Origin: Candidatus Thorarchaeota archaeon
GTDB taxonomy: Archaea > Asgardarchaeota > Thorarchaeia > Thorarchaeales > Thorarchaeaceae
NCBI GenBank assembly: GCA_048882485.1
Contig: JBHLRP010000003.1
Span: 96,001 to 160,000 of the forward strand
Length of the DNA stretch: 64,000 nucleotides
Reading direction: 5' to 3'
Part shown: positions 19,400 to 28,944 of the stretch, piece after piece
Layout: every line of letters starts with the position of its first letter
Position numbering within the stretch: position 1 is the first letter of the stretch
Translations under genes and position numbers: made by a program
The notes under the pieces: model-generated
The model's database searches: none
What the model saw: only the letters and a program-made list of their open reading frames with translations
Told to the model about the DNA's origin: nothing

Positions 19400-19519
19400 C
19401 GAGGAACAGAATGATGTTAATTCCTATCAGGCGAGATTATTGCAAGCTTGTAGACTGCCAATATACCATCATTCTCAATAGATGAATATGTTTCGATAAT
19501 TCATTGGGGAACAGCAAAA

Positions 19520-20680
19520 ATGGTATTTAGGACAAACTTGGCAAGATTATTCAAGATTATCACGCAAGGCTTGGACTATATTTGGCCAAAGGATCCCAGA
19601 ATTCTCATCTTTGGTTCAAGCATGGGATTATTTCCAAGTGGTAATGCAAAGGCACTTTTCAATTATATCACCGGAAACCCAGATTCTCCATTTCATTGTC
19701 ACTTTTTCCTTCGCGATTGTGGACCAGATTCTAGATACCGAAGATACACTCCCTTTAATCTAAAAACCTATCTTCTATTTCTAAAGGCAAAAACAGTACT
19801 CATAACGCATGGTCTCTATGACATCGGACGACTAAATGTCTGTTCTAAGAAAAAGAATATCATCAAGTTGTGGCATGGTCGACCGGGCTTGAAAGGCGAT
19901 GGATACTCTAGCAAGAGCTCGACTCGTGAGCAACTTGCAGAGTTAGAAAGAGAAGATAGAAAGACCACTGCATTTCTAGTATGTTCTCGAATGGAATCAT
20001 TCATGCGGGCTTATTCAAACGTATTACATCCCAGACAGATTCTGCCGCTTGGATATCCGAAAAATGATATACTGCTGAAAGATGCCCCGCCCCCGACAAC
20101 ACTACGGGATATATTTCCAACTCTCCCAGACTTTGAACAAGCTCTGCTATATGCTCCGACATGGCGAGATTATGCTCAAACGAAGTTTTTTCCCTTCGAT
20201 GATTTTGATGCTGAAGCTCTTGAGAGCTGGTTAGAGAAGCGAAATGCAATTCTTCTTCTACGAGCTCATATTAGTGATTCGATACCTGTCAGTGAATCCA
20301 AGAGAATAAGATCTCTAAGCTTCGAGGATTGCAACGAAATCACTGATATATTAAAGGAAATAAATGTGATAATAACAGACTATTCATCAATAACAGCTGA
20401 TTTCCTTCTTCTGGATAGACCAATAATCTACATTCCATACGACAGAAACCAATTTGAGTCACGGATTGGGTTCTGCTATGGTAACTTTGATTTCTGGACA
20501 CCCGGTGAGAAGGTATATTCATTTGCAGATTTTATTCAGGCTGTTAATGTAGCATTAGAAGGTGATGATGGCTATTCTGAGCAGAGAAAGCTGGTAAATC
20601 AATTTGTCAATGAGTTTCAATCACATAACTCAACTGAGAGGGTCTATACGTACCTTAAGAGGAAACTTGGATATAGCTAG
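19520..20680 (+). CDS. CDP-glycerol/polyol glycerophosphotransferase (TagB/TagF family)
   Basis: LWHGRPGLK, GYPKND, LYAPTWRD, ITDYSSITADFLLLDRPII. Confidence 0.92.
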   Translation: MVFRTNLARLFKIITQGLDYIWPKDPRILIFGSSMGLFPSGNAKALFNYITGNPDSPFHCHFFLRDCGPDSRYRRYTPFNLKTYLLFLKAKTVLITHGLYDIGRLNVCSKKKNIIKLWHGRPGLKGDGYSSKSSTREQLAELEREDRKTTAFLVCSRMESFMRAYSNVLHPRQILPLGYPKNDILLKDAPPPTTLRDIFPTLPDFEQALLYAPTWRDYAQTKFFPFDDFDAEALESWLEKRNAILLLRAHISDSIPVSESKRIRSLSFEDCNEITDILKEINVIITDYSSITADFLLLDRPIIYIPYDRNQFESRIGFCYGNFDFWTPGEKVYSFADFIQAVNVALEGDDGYSEQRKLVNQFVNEFQSHNSTERVYTYLKRKLGYS

Positions 20681-20691
20681 GAGCTGACTTC

Positions 20692-21630
20692 ATGGGTCAT
20701 GATCTAAAGAAATACCCATTCCACCTTTATTGCGAATTCTGCAATAAGGAATGTACCTCTCCTGGTTACTCTGATGCAGAATATGTGCATGTCACAAATG
20801 TTTGGAATTGTCGAGAGAGTATCGAGCATGCATTCAAAAAACTAGCCAAGCAGACAAAGCTTCCAAGAGTATGGCTATGGATTGATGATGGTTCCACTGA
20901 TGGTACTTCTGACGAAATCCTCCGTGTCGCCAAAGAACACCCTCAATTCGAGGTATGGCTTGAAAGAATGCCCCCTAAGATAGAGGGTAACATCAATACC
21001 ATCGGTCGAGCATACACCGAAATAATGCCTAGAGTTATTGATAAATTGGACGCGCTGGATATCAAGTATTTTACAATCCAGGATGTGGACACAGAGCCGT
21101 GTCCGAATTATTTCTCGCGAGTAATATGGCTCATGGATAATGATTCGACTCTTGGGGCATGTTCTGGAACTGCGATCGGTCAGGAAGAGGCTAGAGAATC
21201 AGGCATGCCCATGGGTGGTCTAAAGGTTGTACGTTGGAGCATTATTAGGGAGATAAAGGAATACTGGGATCTTTCACCAGACACATTTCTCAATATTCGC
21301 ACTTTGAAAAAGGGGTACAAACTAAAAATCTGGAGAATTCCTGTTAGAGAAGATAAACCTGCTTTTGGCACGACAGAGAAGGGAATGTTCTATCAAGGGC
21401 AATTGAACTTCTTTATAGGCAGACCATTTCTGGGAGTGCTTATCAGGGCTCTCCGCAGAGTTGTCCTACGTCGATATGGAACTGCTATGTTACGTGGATA
21501 TTTCTTCGAGCGAGCAAGAGGAACTTGGCGATGTGATGACCCCGACGTTACTAGCTTCTTTGGCTATGGAAAACCCTGGCCTTGGGTAATCTTTAACTTG
21601 ATCAAGACAAGAGGCCGATATTCTGACTAA
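20692..21630 (+). CDS. GT2-like glycosyltransferase
   Basis: WIDDGSTDGT, QDVD (DxD), PNYFSRVI. Confidence 0.8.
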   Translation: MGHDLKKYPFHLYCEFCNKECTSPGYSDAEYVHVTNVWNCRESIEHAFKKLAKQTKLPRVWLWIDDGSTDGTSDEILRVAKEHPQFEVWLERMPPKIEGNINTIGRAYTEIMPRVIDKLDALDIKYFTIQDVDTEPCPNYFSRVIWLMDNDSTLGACSGTAIGQEEARESGMPMGGLKVVRWSIIREIKEYWDLSPDTFLNIRTLKKGYKLKIWRIPVREDKPAFGTTEKGMFYQGQLNFFIGRPFLGVLIRALRRVVLRRYGTAMLRGYFFERARGTWRCDDPDVTSFFGYGKPWPWVIFNLIKTRGRYSD

Positions 21631-21791
21631 TTCTAACAACTCCAGCGCTTGCACTCTGTGATTGAATTTCCTTTGATGAAAGGTATCCACTCATCCCACT
21701 CAGTTGCTGCTGTTCCCATATGAAGAGAAAAGACATTGCCTTAGGCATTTCTGGAAAGGTTTCAACTAGAGCAGAGTTCTCTGTCACATTA

Positions 21792-23360
21792 TCAAATGAG
21801 TCCTGCCTTTTGGGCGAACTTCCTGTATCCTTTCATGAGTAGCTTCACGATATTACGTCGTAGGTTGAACCTAATCCATTCCTCATCAGTTGGTTCTTTA
21901 AAGAACCTCCCGAAATTGGCAGCATATTCATCTTCTGATTGGTATGTGATTAGCTGCTCTACTGCACCAGGTGAGAATGATATCTCAACATCAGGATTCT
22001 CTCCTCTTACAGGATATACCTGTATCTCTGAATTCCCAGTGACCTCAACATGAAACCGATTTCCTTCTATCTCGTAGTCAATAACCGCTCCTGCTTTTAA
22101 GCCATCAAAGATCTTTGGATGGTTTGAAAGATAGGACATGAATTGGCTTTTGAGCGGATGGTCTTCCGTAGATAGCAGGCGATCACCTGTTTCAGCATTT
22201 AGCAGAAATGTAGTGAGCTCAAGAATCTGCAGTTTACTGTCAATCGATCTTGCACCATCTCTAAGGCCTCTGAAACAAAAGGGACATGCTGTAATGAGGA
22301 TAACAGAATTGGTGTCCTCGGCCTCTCTTACGCGGTCAGCAGCAATTCTTTCAGCCAACTCTCCATGGGAGCTCTTCACTCCGCCACCCGCCCCGCAGCA
22401 ATGTGCGTATCTTCTGTTCGTGACCATCTCAACAAGCTCTACATTATCGACCGATTCAATGACTCGACGAGGAGCTTCATATACCTCTGAATGCCGACCC
22501 AGATGACAAGGGTCGTGATAGGTCACTCGGAGCTTGTCTGCAAATCCAAAGGATACTTTTCCTTCTCTCACTAGCTGGTCTAGGAATTCTGTGATGTGAA
22601 GTACTTGAAAATCGTAGTCATGACCTCCTTGAGGAATATCAATCTTCCAAGTCCGGAAGCAACCTGCACAAGCAGTTACAACCTCCTTTGCACCAGTGTT
22701 CTTTACGGCTTCTATATTGTGCCTAGTTAGATCTTCAAATGCATCCATTCTCCCCAGTCTCAGAAGGACTGAGCCACAGCAGCGTTCATCTTGAAGTATT
22801 GTATAATCAATGTTCATCTTGTCAAGCAGCTGCACAGTTGATACTGCAATCTCCTTCTCACGTACCGAGCTCGTACAACCTACAAAGAAGACTACCTCTG
22901 CGGTCTCCTGGAACTGGCGCTCTCCAAAAACCAGATGGCGCATTTCATGGTCCTCTTTGTATGGATTGTAATGGCTCATAATCGAGTTTTCAATATCGAT
23001 GTGCTTCTCGAATCCGTACCCTGCTTCAACAAGGTCATTTCGTAATGCTTCACTCATCTCAGGGAGTCTTATCCCGTTTGCAGTCGCTGTGCAGGTTTCC
23101 TGGCAGTTTCTGCAAGTTGTGCACGAGTACGCCCAGCTTACTAAATCCTCATCCACCTCAAGCTTCCCAGCTAAAAGGTCATTCATAATCATAATTCGGC
23201 CTCTTGAGGTGTAGGCTTCAAATCCAAGGACATTCTTTACCGCACAAGGATGAAACACATCTCGACCTGACGCAATGGTCTTGTCAGCAAGAGAACAATC
23301 GCCACATCTTGCACACAAGAATAGGTCCTCTGCGTATTTCTCCAGATTCCTGTACTCCAT
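21792..23360 (-). CDS. HdrD/GlpC-type Fe-S oxidoreductase (2x[4Fe-4S] + 2 CCG domains) with C-terminal SCP2-like extension
   Basis: CARCGDC, CTTCRNCQETC, FVGC, RCCG, ACAGC, YHDPCHLGR, HCCGAGGG, ACPFC, plus ~130 extra C-terminal residues. Confidence 0.9.
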   Translation of the reverse strand: MEYRNLEKYAEDLFLCARCGDCSLADKTIASGRDVFHPCAVKNVLGFEAYTSRGRIMIMNDLLAGKLEVDEDLVSWAYSCTTCRNCQETCTATANGIRLPEMSEALRNDLVEAGYGFEKHIDIENSIMSHYNPYKEDHEMRHLVFGERQFQETAEVVFFVGCTSSVREKEIAVSTVQLLDKMNIDYTILQDERCCGSVLLRLGRMDAFEDLTRHNIEAVKNTGAKEVVTACAGCFRTWKIDIPQGGHDYDFQVLHITEFLDQLVREGKVSFGFADKLRVTYHDPCHLGRHSEVYEAPRRVIESVDNVELVEMVTNRRYAHCCGAGGGVKSSHGELAERIAADRVREAEDTNSVILITACPFCFRGLRDGARSIDSKLQILELTTFLLNAETGDRLLSTEDHPLKSQFMSYLSNHPKIFDGLKAGAVIDYEIEGNRFHVEVTGNSEIQVYPVRGENPDVEISFSPGAVEQLITYQSEDEYAANFGRFFKEPTDEEWIRFNLRRNIVKLLMKGYRKFAQKAGLI

Positions 23361-24803
23361 CTATTGGTTCCCTCCTGTGAACACAGCGGGAGCCAGGATA
23401 TTTTCTGGGTCTAGGGCCTTCTTTATCTTCCAGTAAGTTTCAAGGAATGTCTTGTCGGTCCTCTTGTGAGCTCTGCTCTCCCATAGAATGCCCTGCCAGT
23501 AAGGGCAGCCTCCGGTTTCAATGATTGTATCAAGCATCTCATTCCATATCTTGGTCGCTAACTCCATCTTTTCCCTATTTGGTGGGAAGAGCGTAATCCA
23601 TCCAGTGGCATATGCTCTATCAGCGCCCAGGCAGCTAGCAATCCATTTGATTCCGTTCTTCAGCATCTCATGTTTGTCAAATATGGCCCAGAGCTTCTTC
23701 ATGAGGTCTGGAATTGTGGTTATCGGCCTTAGATGACAAGTATTCAACCAAAATCCGTTATTGTAGAGCGGTTGAACAAGATTGAATAGCTCAGTCCAGT
23801 GCATTTGTGATGCAAAGTTCCCGAGGTCTTTCCCTCCGTTCTCGAAAGCTATCTCTCTCACAATCTCCATCTTACGCTGAGCTAGCTGTTCGTCTGTCTC
23901 TTGAACTATCGATGCAAACATAGCATGAATCTCGGGGTGACTGTCTAAGAATCCAGGAAAGAACGTGTCAGTAGACTGTCTATCCGCTAGGAGATTGAGT
24001 TCCTCTGTTAAGCCTCGTTTCTGAACTTCTAGGAAGGCGGCTGTCGCCTCTTCGAGCGTCTTGAATCCAAAGTCTCCATATGTAATGTGCTCTGCTTTGG
24101 GGTAAATCTTGAGGGTGACCTTCGTCTTGATTCCGAGGGTGCCATGATCACCAAGGAATATTCCAGTCAAGTCATTGTATGTTGAATACCTTCCGAAGAG
24201 CTCCGCTCCTTCATTCCAGCCCGTTCCGGTCTTGATAACATCACCACTTGCTAGCACGACCTCCAGAGAAACCACTCCTTCAGTTGAAGGGCCATACTTC
24301 GATGCAGCGTAACCAATGCTGTTTATACTCGTAGACCCGCCTACAGTTCCCACATTTCCTCCGTAGGGACCTCGGAATCCAAGTTTGTAACCCTTTTCAT
24401 CAAGACGATGTATCAGTTCTGCCCATCTCTGCCCTGCCTCAACTGTGACCGTCATGACATTTTCGTTAATCTCTACTATCTTGTCCATCTTAACCATATC
24501 AAGCATAACTGCTCCAGGAACCCTCGGAAGGCAAGCACCGCATATCCCGTTCCTCCCGCCTGCAGGTACGAGCGGTGTGTTGGAATCTCTACATAGACTC
24601 ACGATGGCCTGTATTTCTTCAAGGCTCTCAGGCATGACCACAATACCCGGTCTTTCTGCTGTGATATGGCATGCGTCCTGACTATAGGATGAGATGATAA
24701 TCTGATTGTCATTGACTCTGGCTTCACCAACTATGTCCTTGATTTCATTATATAGTGGATGATTACCGGCAGGCTCTATAATTGTCAAAGAAGGTTCCCT
24801 CAA
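23361..24803 (-). CDS. FAD-binding oxidoreductase (GlcD/Dld/ADPS, VAO family)
   Basis: PAGGRNG, VTVEAG, GTVGG, GDHGTLGIKTKVTLK, KKALDPENIL. Abuts the CCG gene. Confidence 0.9.
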   Translation of the reverse strand: MREPSLTIIEPAGNHPLYNEIKDIVGEARVNDNQIIISSYSQDACHITAERPGIVVMPESLEEIQAIVSLCRDSNTPLVPAGGRNGICGACLPRVPGAVMLDMVKMDKIVEINENVMTVTVEAGQRWAELIHRLDEKGYKLGFRGPYGGNVGTVGGSTSINSIGYAASKYGPSTEGVVSLEVVLASGDVIKTGTGWNEGAELFGRYSTYNDLTGIFLGDHGTLGIKTKVTLKIYPKAEHITYGDFGFKTLEEATAAFLEVQKRGLTEELNLLADRQSTDTFFPGFLDSHPEIHAMFASIVQETDEQLAQRKMEIVREIAFENGGKDLGNFASQMHWTELFNLVQPLYNNGFWLNTCHLRPITTIPDLMKKLWAIFDKHEMLKNGIKWIASCLGADRAYATGWITLFPPNREKMELATKIWNEMLDTIIETGGCPYWQGILWESRAHKRTDKTFLETYWKIKKALDPENILAPAVFTGGNQ

Positions 24804-24899
24804 CGCAATCTGAAAGTAATCCGCTATAAGTAGTCAACGCCAGCATTAGGTTGGTGAGTCATCGAGAACTCTTTATCTAGCAGTGCAAGAAAGGCAGAT

Positions 24900-25397
24900 G
24901 TGTGTGAGATAGTGATGAAGAGATTAGCTGTCGTCTTGGGCCGTGGTGGCCACACAGCACAGACATTCGCCCTCGTGGATCTTCTAGGCACACGATTCAG
25001 CTATATCTACCTGATTGGCATTCTCGATCGTCTAACTCCAAAGAAGATCAGGATTGAAGGGAGGGTTCTACCTGTCTTTGCACCGAGATTGCTTCCTCAG
25101 GATTCTCGGACCATGTCAGTGATACGTACAGCATTTACGTTGCTTTTATCAATCATCTATTTCGTCTTGTATAGGCCTGTGGCCGTAGTGAGTTGTGGAA
25201 CCGGACTCACAGTTCCCATTTTCTATGCTGCCCGCCTTCTAGGTGTCAGGACAGTCTTTATTGAGAGCATGTCTAGAGTGGAGTCGCTTTCCATAACTGG
25301 AAGATTGCTACTAGGAAAAACAGACCTTTTTCTGGTTCAATGGCCTAGCCTTGCTGAAACCGTCCCGAATGCAATTTATGGAGGGCAGCTGCTTTGA
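24900..25397 (+). CDS. alg14: Alg14/PssD-like UDP-GlcNAc transferase acceptor subunit
   Basis: VLGRGGHTAQ, SCGTGLTVP, FIESMSRVESLSITGR, VQWP. Confidence 0.9.
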   Translation: MCEIVMKRLAVVLGRGGHTAQTFALVDLLGTRFSYIYLIGILDRLTPKKIRIEGRVLPVFAPRLLPQDSRTMSVIRTAFTLLLSIIYFVLYRPVAVVSCGTGLTVPIFYAARLLGVRTVFIESMSRVESLSITGRLLLGKTDLFLVQWPSLAETVPNAIYGGQLL

Positions 25398-25852
25398 TTT
25401 TCCTGACAGTTGGAACAGCAATGTTTGATCCCCTCGTCAAGGTGATAGATCGACTCGTCGGAGAGGATATCATCAAAGAGCCTGTTGTAGCTCAGATTGG
25501 TCGCGGAGAATATGAGCCAAAGAACATGAGATATTTCCGATTCATCAAATCCCTCAACAAGGCATATGATGCTGCGGACATTATTATTAGCACAGGCGGC
25601 GCAGGAACAACTATTGAATGCGTCAGCAGAGGGAAGAAACTGGTTGTTGTTGAGAATACTACTCTGATGGAGGGCCATCAAGCGCAATTAATTGGAGAGA
25701 TGGCAAAACGAGGACACCTAATCTGGTGTCGCGATCCTGATTCTTTGGAGGATTGCATCGAGCAGGCACGAAATAAAACCTTCACACCATTCATTTCAGA
25801 TGAACCCAGGGCTCATGAATTCATCTTGAAGCTCATTGGCGAATCCAAATGA
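25394..25852 (+). CDS. alg13: Alg13/PssE-like UDP-GlcNAc transferase donor subunit
   Basis: IFLTVGTAMFD, QIG, ISTGGAGT, GHQAQL. 4-nt overlap with alg14. Confidence 0.9.
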   Translation: MIFLTVGTAMFDPLVKVIDRLVGEDIIKEPVVAQIGRGEYEPKNMRYFRFIKSLNKAYDAADIIISTGGAGTTIECVSRGKKLVVVENTTLMEGHQAQLIGEMAKRGHLIWCRDPDSLEDCIEQARNKTFTPFISDEPRAHEFILKLIGESK

Positions 25853-26081
25853 TATCTCGTCGTTTGGCGCCAAATGGACAGCGGCTATTCCAGGCTGATT
25901 GTTGGGAAGAGTCGGATTTCATACCAGGGTTGGTATGGACGTATTGCACCAGCTACATGCTGCTATTGTCTGGATTTGATGTTCTCTTTATATTGAAAAC
26001 CATACCCTTATTTCCATCGGAAACGAAGGTCAGTTGATACTGATTCCTCAGACAACACGAAAAACACCGAGATGAGACATC

Positions 26082-26840
26082 TTGAGCACGACAACAAAGA
26101 AGAAAAAGAAGAAGCCGGAACTACTGAGGCCCATTGGCGTGGGACTCTCAGTGAAGCTCTACAAATATGAAGGGACCAAGAGTAATGCCGCTCAGATCGC
26201 GACCGCGTTGAAGAAGGTCAAGTACGCACCAGAGAGCAAGAGCCATGCCGGAGCAGGATTTGCCAAAGTGAAGGCTACCGGGAAGACCGTTGAGGGCGAG
26301 ATTATTGCGGGCTTCAAGGTGCCTGTTCTGACTTACGGTACGGGCGGCAGATTGGAGCCAGTGCATTACATCAGTGTCAGCAAAGCGCAAGTGCTTGTAA
26401 AGACTGGAAAGGGCACTGTTGAAGTAAGAGGTTCAGCGCGCATCGCAAAGAAGTTCCAAATGCTAATGGAGGAACATACAGGTGCCAAACTCACGCCCCT
26501 GAATCTCACTTCCGAAGCAGTGAAGGAGGTATATGGCGCTGCCACTGATATCGCATCTGTCATGCTATCCGGTGTCGAGAGAGGCAATCTCACACAAGCA
26601 GAGTTCCGCGGAATCTCGATAAAGAATGAAGCTGAGATAGGTCTCTATACGCGCAAATATAGAGGAGAAATCTCCCGCTTCCGCGGCACGTTTCCATATC
26701 CTAGCGGCGCGCAGCATACAACAACCGTCAATGCTGACCTTGGTTCATTGATGATCTATCGTAGCGGCGAAGGCATCGCAGAAAAGGACCTGAACTGGAT
26801 TGTAGGATTGATGGAGGACGCCGCTCTAAACTACGGCTAA
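26082..26840 (+). CDS. Hypothetical basic protein
   Basis: 252-aa ORF with natural composition and a poly-Lys N-terminus. No motif recognised. Confidence 0.7.
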   Translation: MSTTTKKKKKKPELLRPIGVGLSVKLYKYEGTKSNAAQIATALKKVKYAPESKSHAGAGFAKVKATGKTVEGEIIAGFKVPVLTYGTGGRLEPVHYISVSKAQVLVKTGKGTVEVRGSARIAKKFQMLMEEHTGAKLTPLNLTSEAVKEVYGAATDIASVMLSGVERGNLTQAEFRGISIKNEAEIGLYTRKYRGEISRFRGTFPYPSGAQHTTTVNADLGSLMIYRSGEGIAEKDLNWIVGLMEDAALNYG

Positions 26841-26900
26841 TCCGGTTGGGCTTGCAAGGCCCTCCTAATCGTTACTTTCCCCCTCGGGAGCTAGCTCTAG

Positions 26901-27197
26901 CTACAACCATTCATCTGTATTTCTCTTAGCACCAATGATAGTCCGCGTGTTGTCAAGATAGAATCGTGTCTTGTCTCGGAACTTGGGCCAGAATTCAAAG
27001 AAACGTTCGGGCTTCTCGACTTCTATGAGAAGGAATCCATTCCAATCGCTTCCCCATGCATGTCGATAATCTCCCAAGATTCTGATATCGCTAGGCCAGT
27101 CATCCTTTGAAAAGACCGTCCAGAATTTCTTAGCCTTCTTTGCTTTTTCTTCATCCATGAGTTGGAATCGGTAGAACACAATGAACGCATATGTCAT
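26901..27197 (-). CDS. Small hypothetical protein (possibly ferredoxin-like/dimeric alpha+beta barrel)
   Basis: 98-aa ORF with an alternating beta/alpha pattern. Fold is a guess. Confidence 0.6.
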   Translation of the reverse strand: MTYAFIVFYRFQLMDEEKAKKAKKFWTVFSKDDWPSDIRILGDYRHAWGSDWNGFLLIEVEKPERFFEFWPKFRDKTRFYLDNTRTIIGAKRNTDEWL

Positions 27198-27267
27198 TTC
27201 AGTCCCCGAAAATCACATGCGTTCGGTGAATTAAAAAGATTGAGCACCGGCAAGAATTCGGTGAGTC

Positions 27268-27999
27268 ATGTCTTCTAGAGAGCCTGACATTGCACGACGC
27301 GAATTCAAGCATGGGAAAGTTGCGTATGGCTTTCAATGGAATAAGACTCATCATGAACGCTTGGGAAAGCATGAGGGGGATCTTGCTTCCCTTTGGGCTC
27401 ATATGACAAATATCACCTCTGGCAAGGTTCCGTCTGAACCATTCTCCGATCCATTCTATGCGAGGGCTTCCTCCCTGAAGTTGCCAACGATGAATGCTAC
27501 AAAGAAGGCAGCCATGAAGAACCGCTTGTTTAGAACAGGATCTGTAAAACGTTTCATGGATAGTGACCTAATTAGCAAGCTAAGAGACTACCATCGTGCA
27601 AACAACAATCTAAGTTACAACGCGGACCATGGAATAGTGAGAGAGTTCCTATACAATGATCCTAAAACTATTGCAATTGAAATCCCCGTGTGGTCTGAAC
27701 GATATCGTCTGTCAGGGCATGTAGATCTCCTCAGATTCGTGGGAGACACTGTTGAGGTATGCGATTACAAACCAGGGCCCATGCATTCTACTAGCAATCG
27801 ATTCTTGGAATCAATACCACAAATCGCGGCCTATGGCGAGATGATGGCACATCACCTCGCGGGCACTCTGAGAAGCGCGCTTGATGCACCCCTACTCCCC
27901 AAAATTCGCTGCTGCGTCTTTGACACTCATGCATGCTGGGAGTTTGGTGCCGAGATGTTTGTGACTCTGATGGAATCTGGAAAGATATCTGGCTTCTAA
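27268..27999 (+). CDS. PD-(D/E)XK nuclease (AddB/RecB-type)
   Basis: AIEIPV, SGHVDLL, VCDYKPG, PQIAAY. Confidence 0.82.
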   Translation: MSSREPDIARREFKHGKVAYGFQWNKTHHERLGKHEGDLASLWAHMTNITSGKVPSEPFSDPFYARASSLKLPTMNATKKAAMKNRLFRTGSVKRFMDSDLISKLRDYHRANNNLSYNADHGIVREFLYNDPKTIAIEIPVWSERYRLSGHVDLLRFVGDTVEVCDYKPGPMHSTSNRFLESIPQIAAYGEMMAHHLAGTLRSALDAPLLPKIRCCVFDTHACWEFGAEMFVTLMESGKISGF

Positions 28000-28832
28000 T
28001 TCCGCCCGTTCTTGACAACTGTCATAGTCACATTTTCTTCAATACTGAGCAATCCTGTGTCTGCATTCCGAGTTTTTAATAGGATTGTAGGCCTCTGTGA
28101 TACAAGTCCTTCTCGAATTCGTGAAAAGTAATTCTCGCTGAGCACTCCGAAACGACCGAGTGCAGGGTCAACCGGAACCCATCCTCGCTTCTCTAGGAAG
28201 ATTTCGCACCACGCATGAGGTTCCGGCTTGGGTTGCCCCTTAAAGAAGTGACCAATGACCCTTCTGGAGGGAATCTTGACCGCTCTTGTCAGCGCAATGA
28301 ATAGGTCTGCATGTTCATCACAATCCCCCTCTTTTTCCAGCGCTGCTCTTGCCGCTCCTATCCGCTCGTCTAGGTGAGTCTTTAGCTTCACTCGCTCTCG
28401 TACCACTTGAAAAGCCAGCCTTCCATATGAAAGATCTCCGTCGCTCTTTTCTGCGATACCTTGAGACAACGTTTGAATGATTGGCTTGTCCAATTCCCAG
28501 TATCTTTGCATAGAACTATACATACCTATTGTCTGGTTCCTGATGGATTCTGGAATTGATCGCTGCTCAATTAGCCAATCTCTAGCCGTAGTATCAATTC
28601 GCAGAATCACGGTAGGAGAGAAAGCTTCACCGGGACTGATCTCTGGAACCTTCATGACCGCAACAATATTCTTCTCTGCTCTCTCCATCACCCTGGCTGG
28701 AGGAAAGACATCAATCATCTCAACAAACTGATTGTCCATGTCAGTAAAGAGATGCCAAATAAGCCGTCCATTACGAATCTTGGATTTTCCCCGATTCAAT
28801 ACATCGGCTTGCATCTCGATGCGTAATCTCAC
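27996..28832 (-). CDS. Transglutaminase-like protein
   Basis: GDCDEHA, IPSRRVIG, HAWCEIF, WVPVDP (Cys-His-Asp triad). Confidence 0.9.
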   Translation of the reverse strand: MRLRIEMQADVLNRGKSKIRNGRLIWHLFTDMDNQFVEMIDVFPPARVMERAEKNIVAVMKVPEISPGEAFSPTVILRIDTTARDWLIEQRSIPESIRNQTIGMYSSMQRYWELDKPIIQTLSQGIAEKSDGDLSYGRLAFQVVRERVKLKTHLDERIGAARAALEKEGDCDEHADLFIALTRAVKIPSRRVIGHFFKGQPKPEPHAWCEIFLEKRGWVPVDPALGRFGVLSENYFSRIREGLVSQRPTILLKTRNADTGLLSIEENVTMTVVKNGRN

Positions 28833-28944
28833 TACCCAACCTCACTCAATTCCAACAAGTCGTTCCTACTGCGAATAGATTTATGTGTTGTCTGCTACTC
28901 CAGACCTATTGCCTCAATGATTGATAGGTTAGTGAGGTTCGCTT

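Noticed and set aside
21792-23360. Selenocysteine recoding in the Hdr-like protein
   Set aside because: The ORF is uninterrupted with all Cys motifs present. No in-frame TGA or SECIS seen.
27268-27999. cas4 / CRISPR-Cas locus
   Set aside because: No Fe-S Cys cage, no cas1/cas2 and no array.
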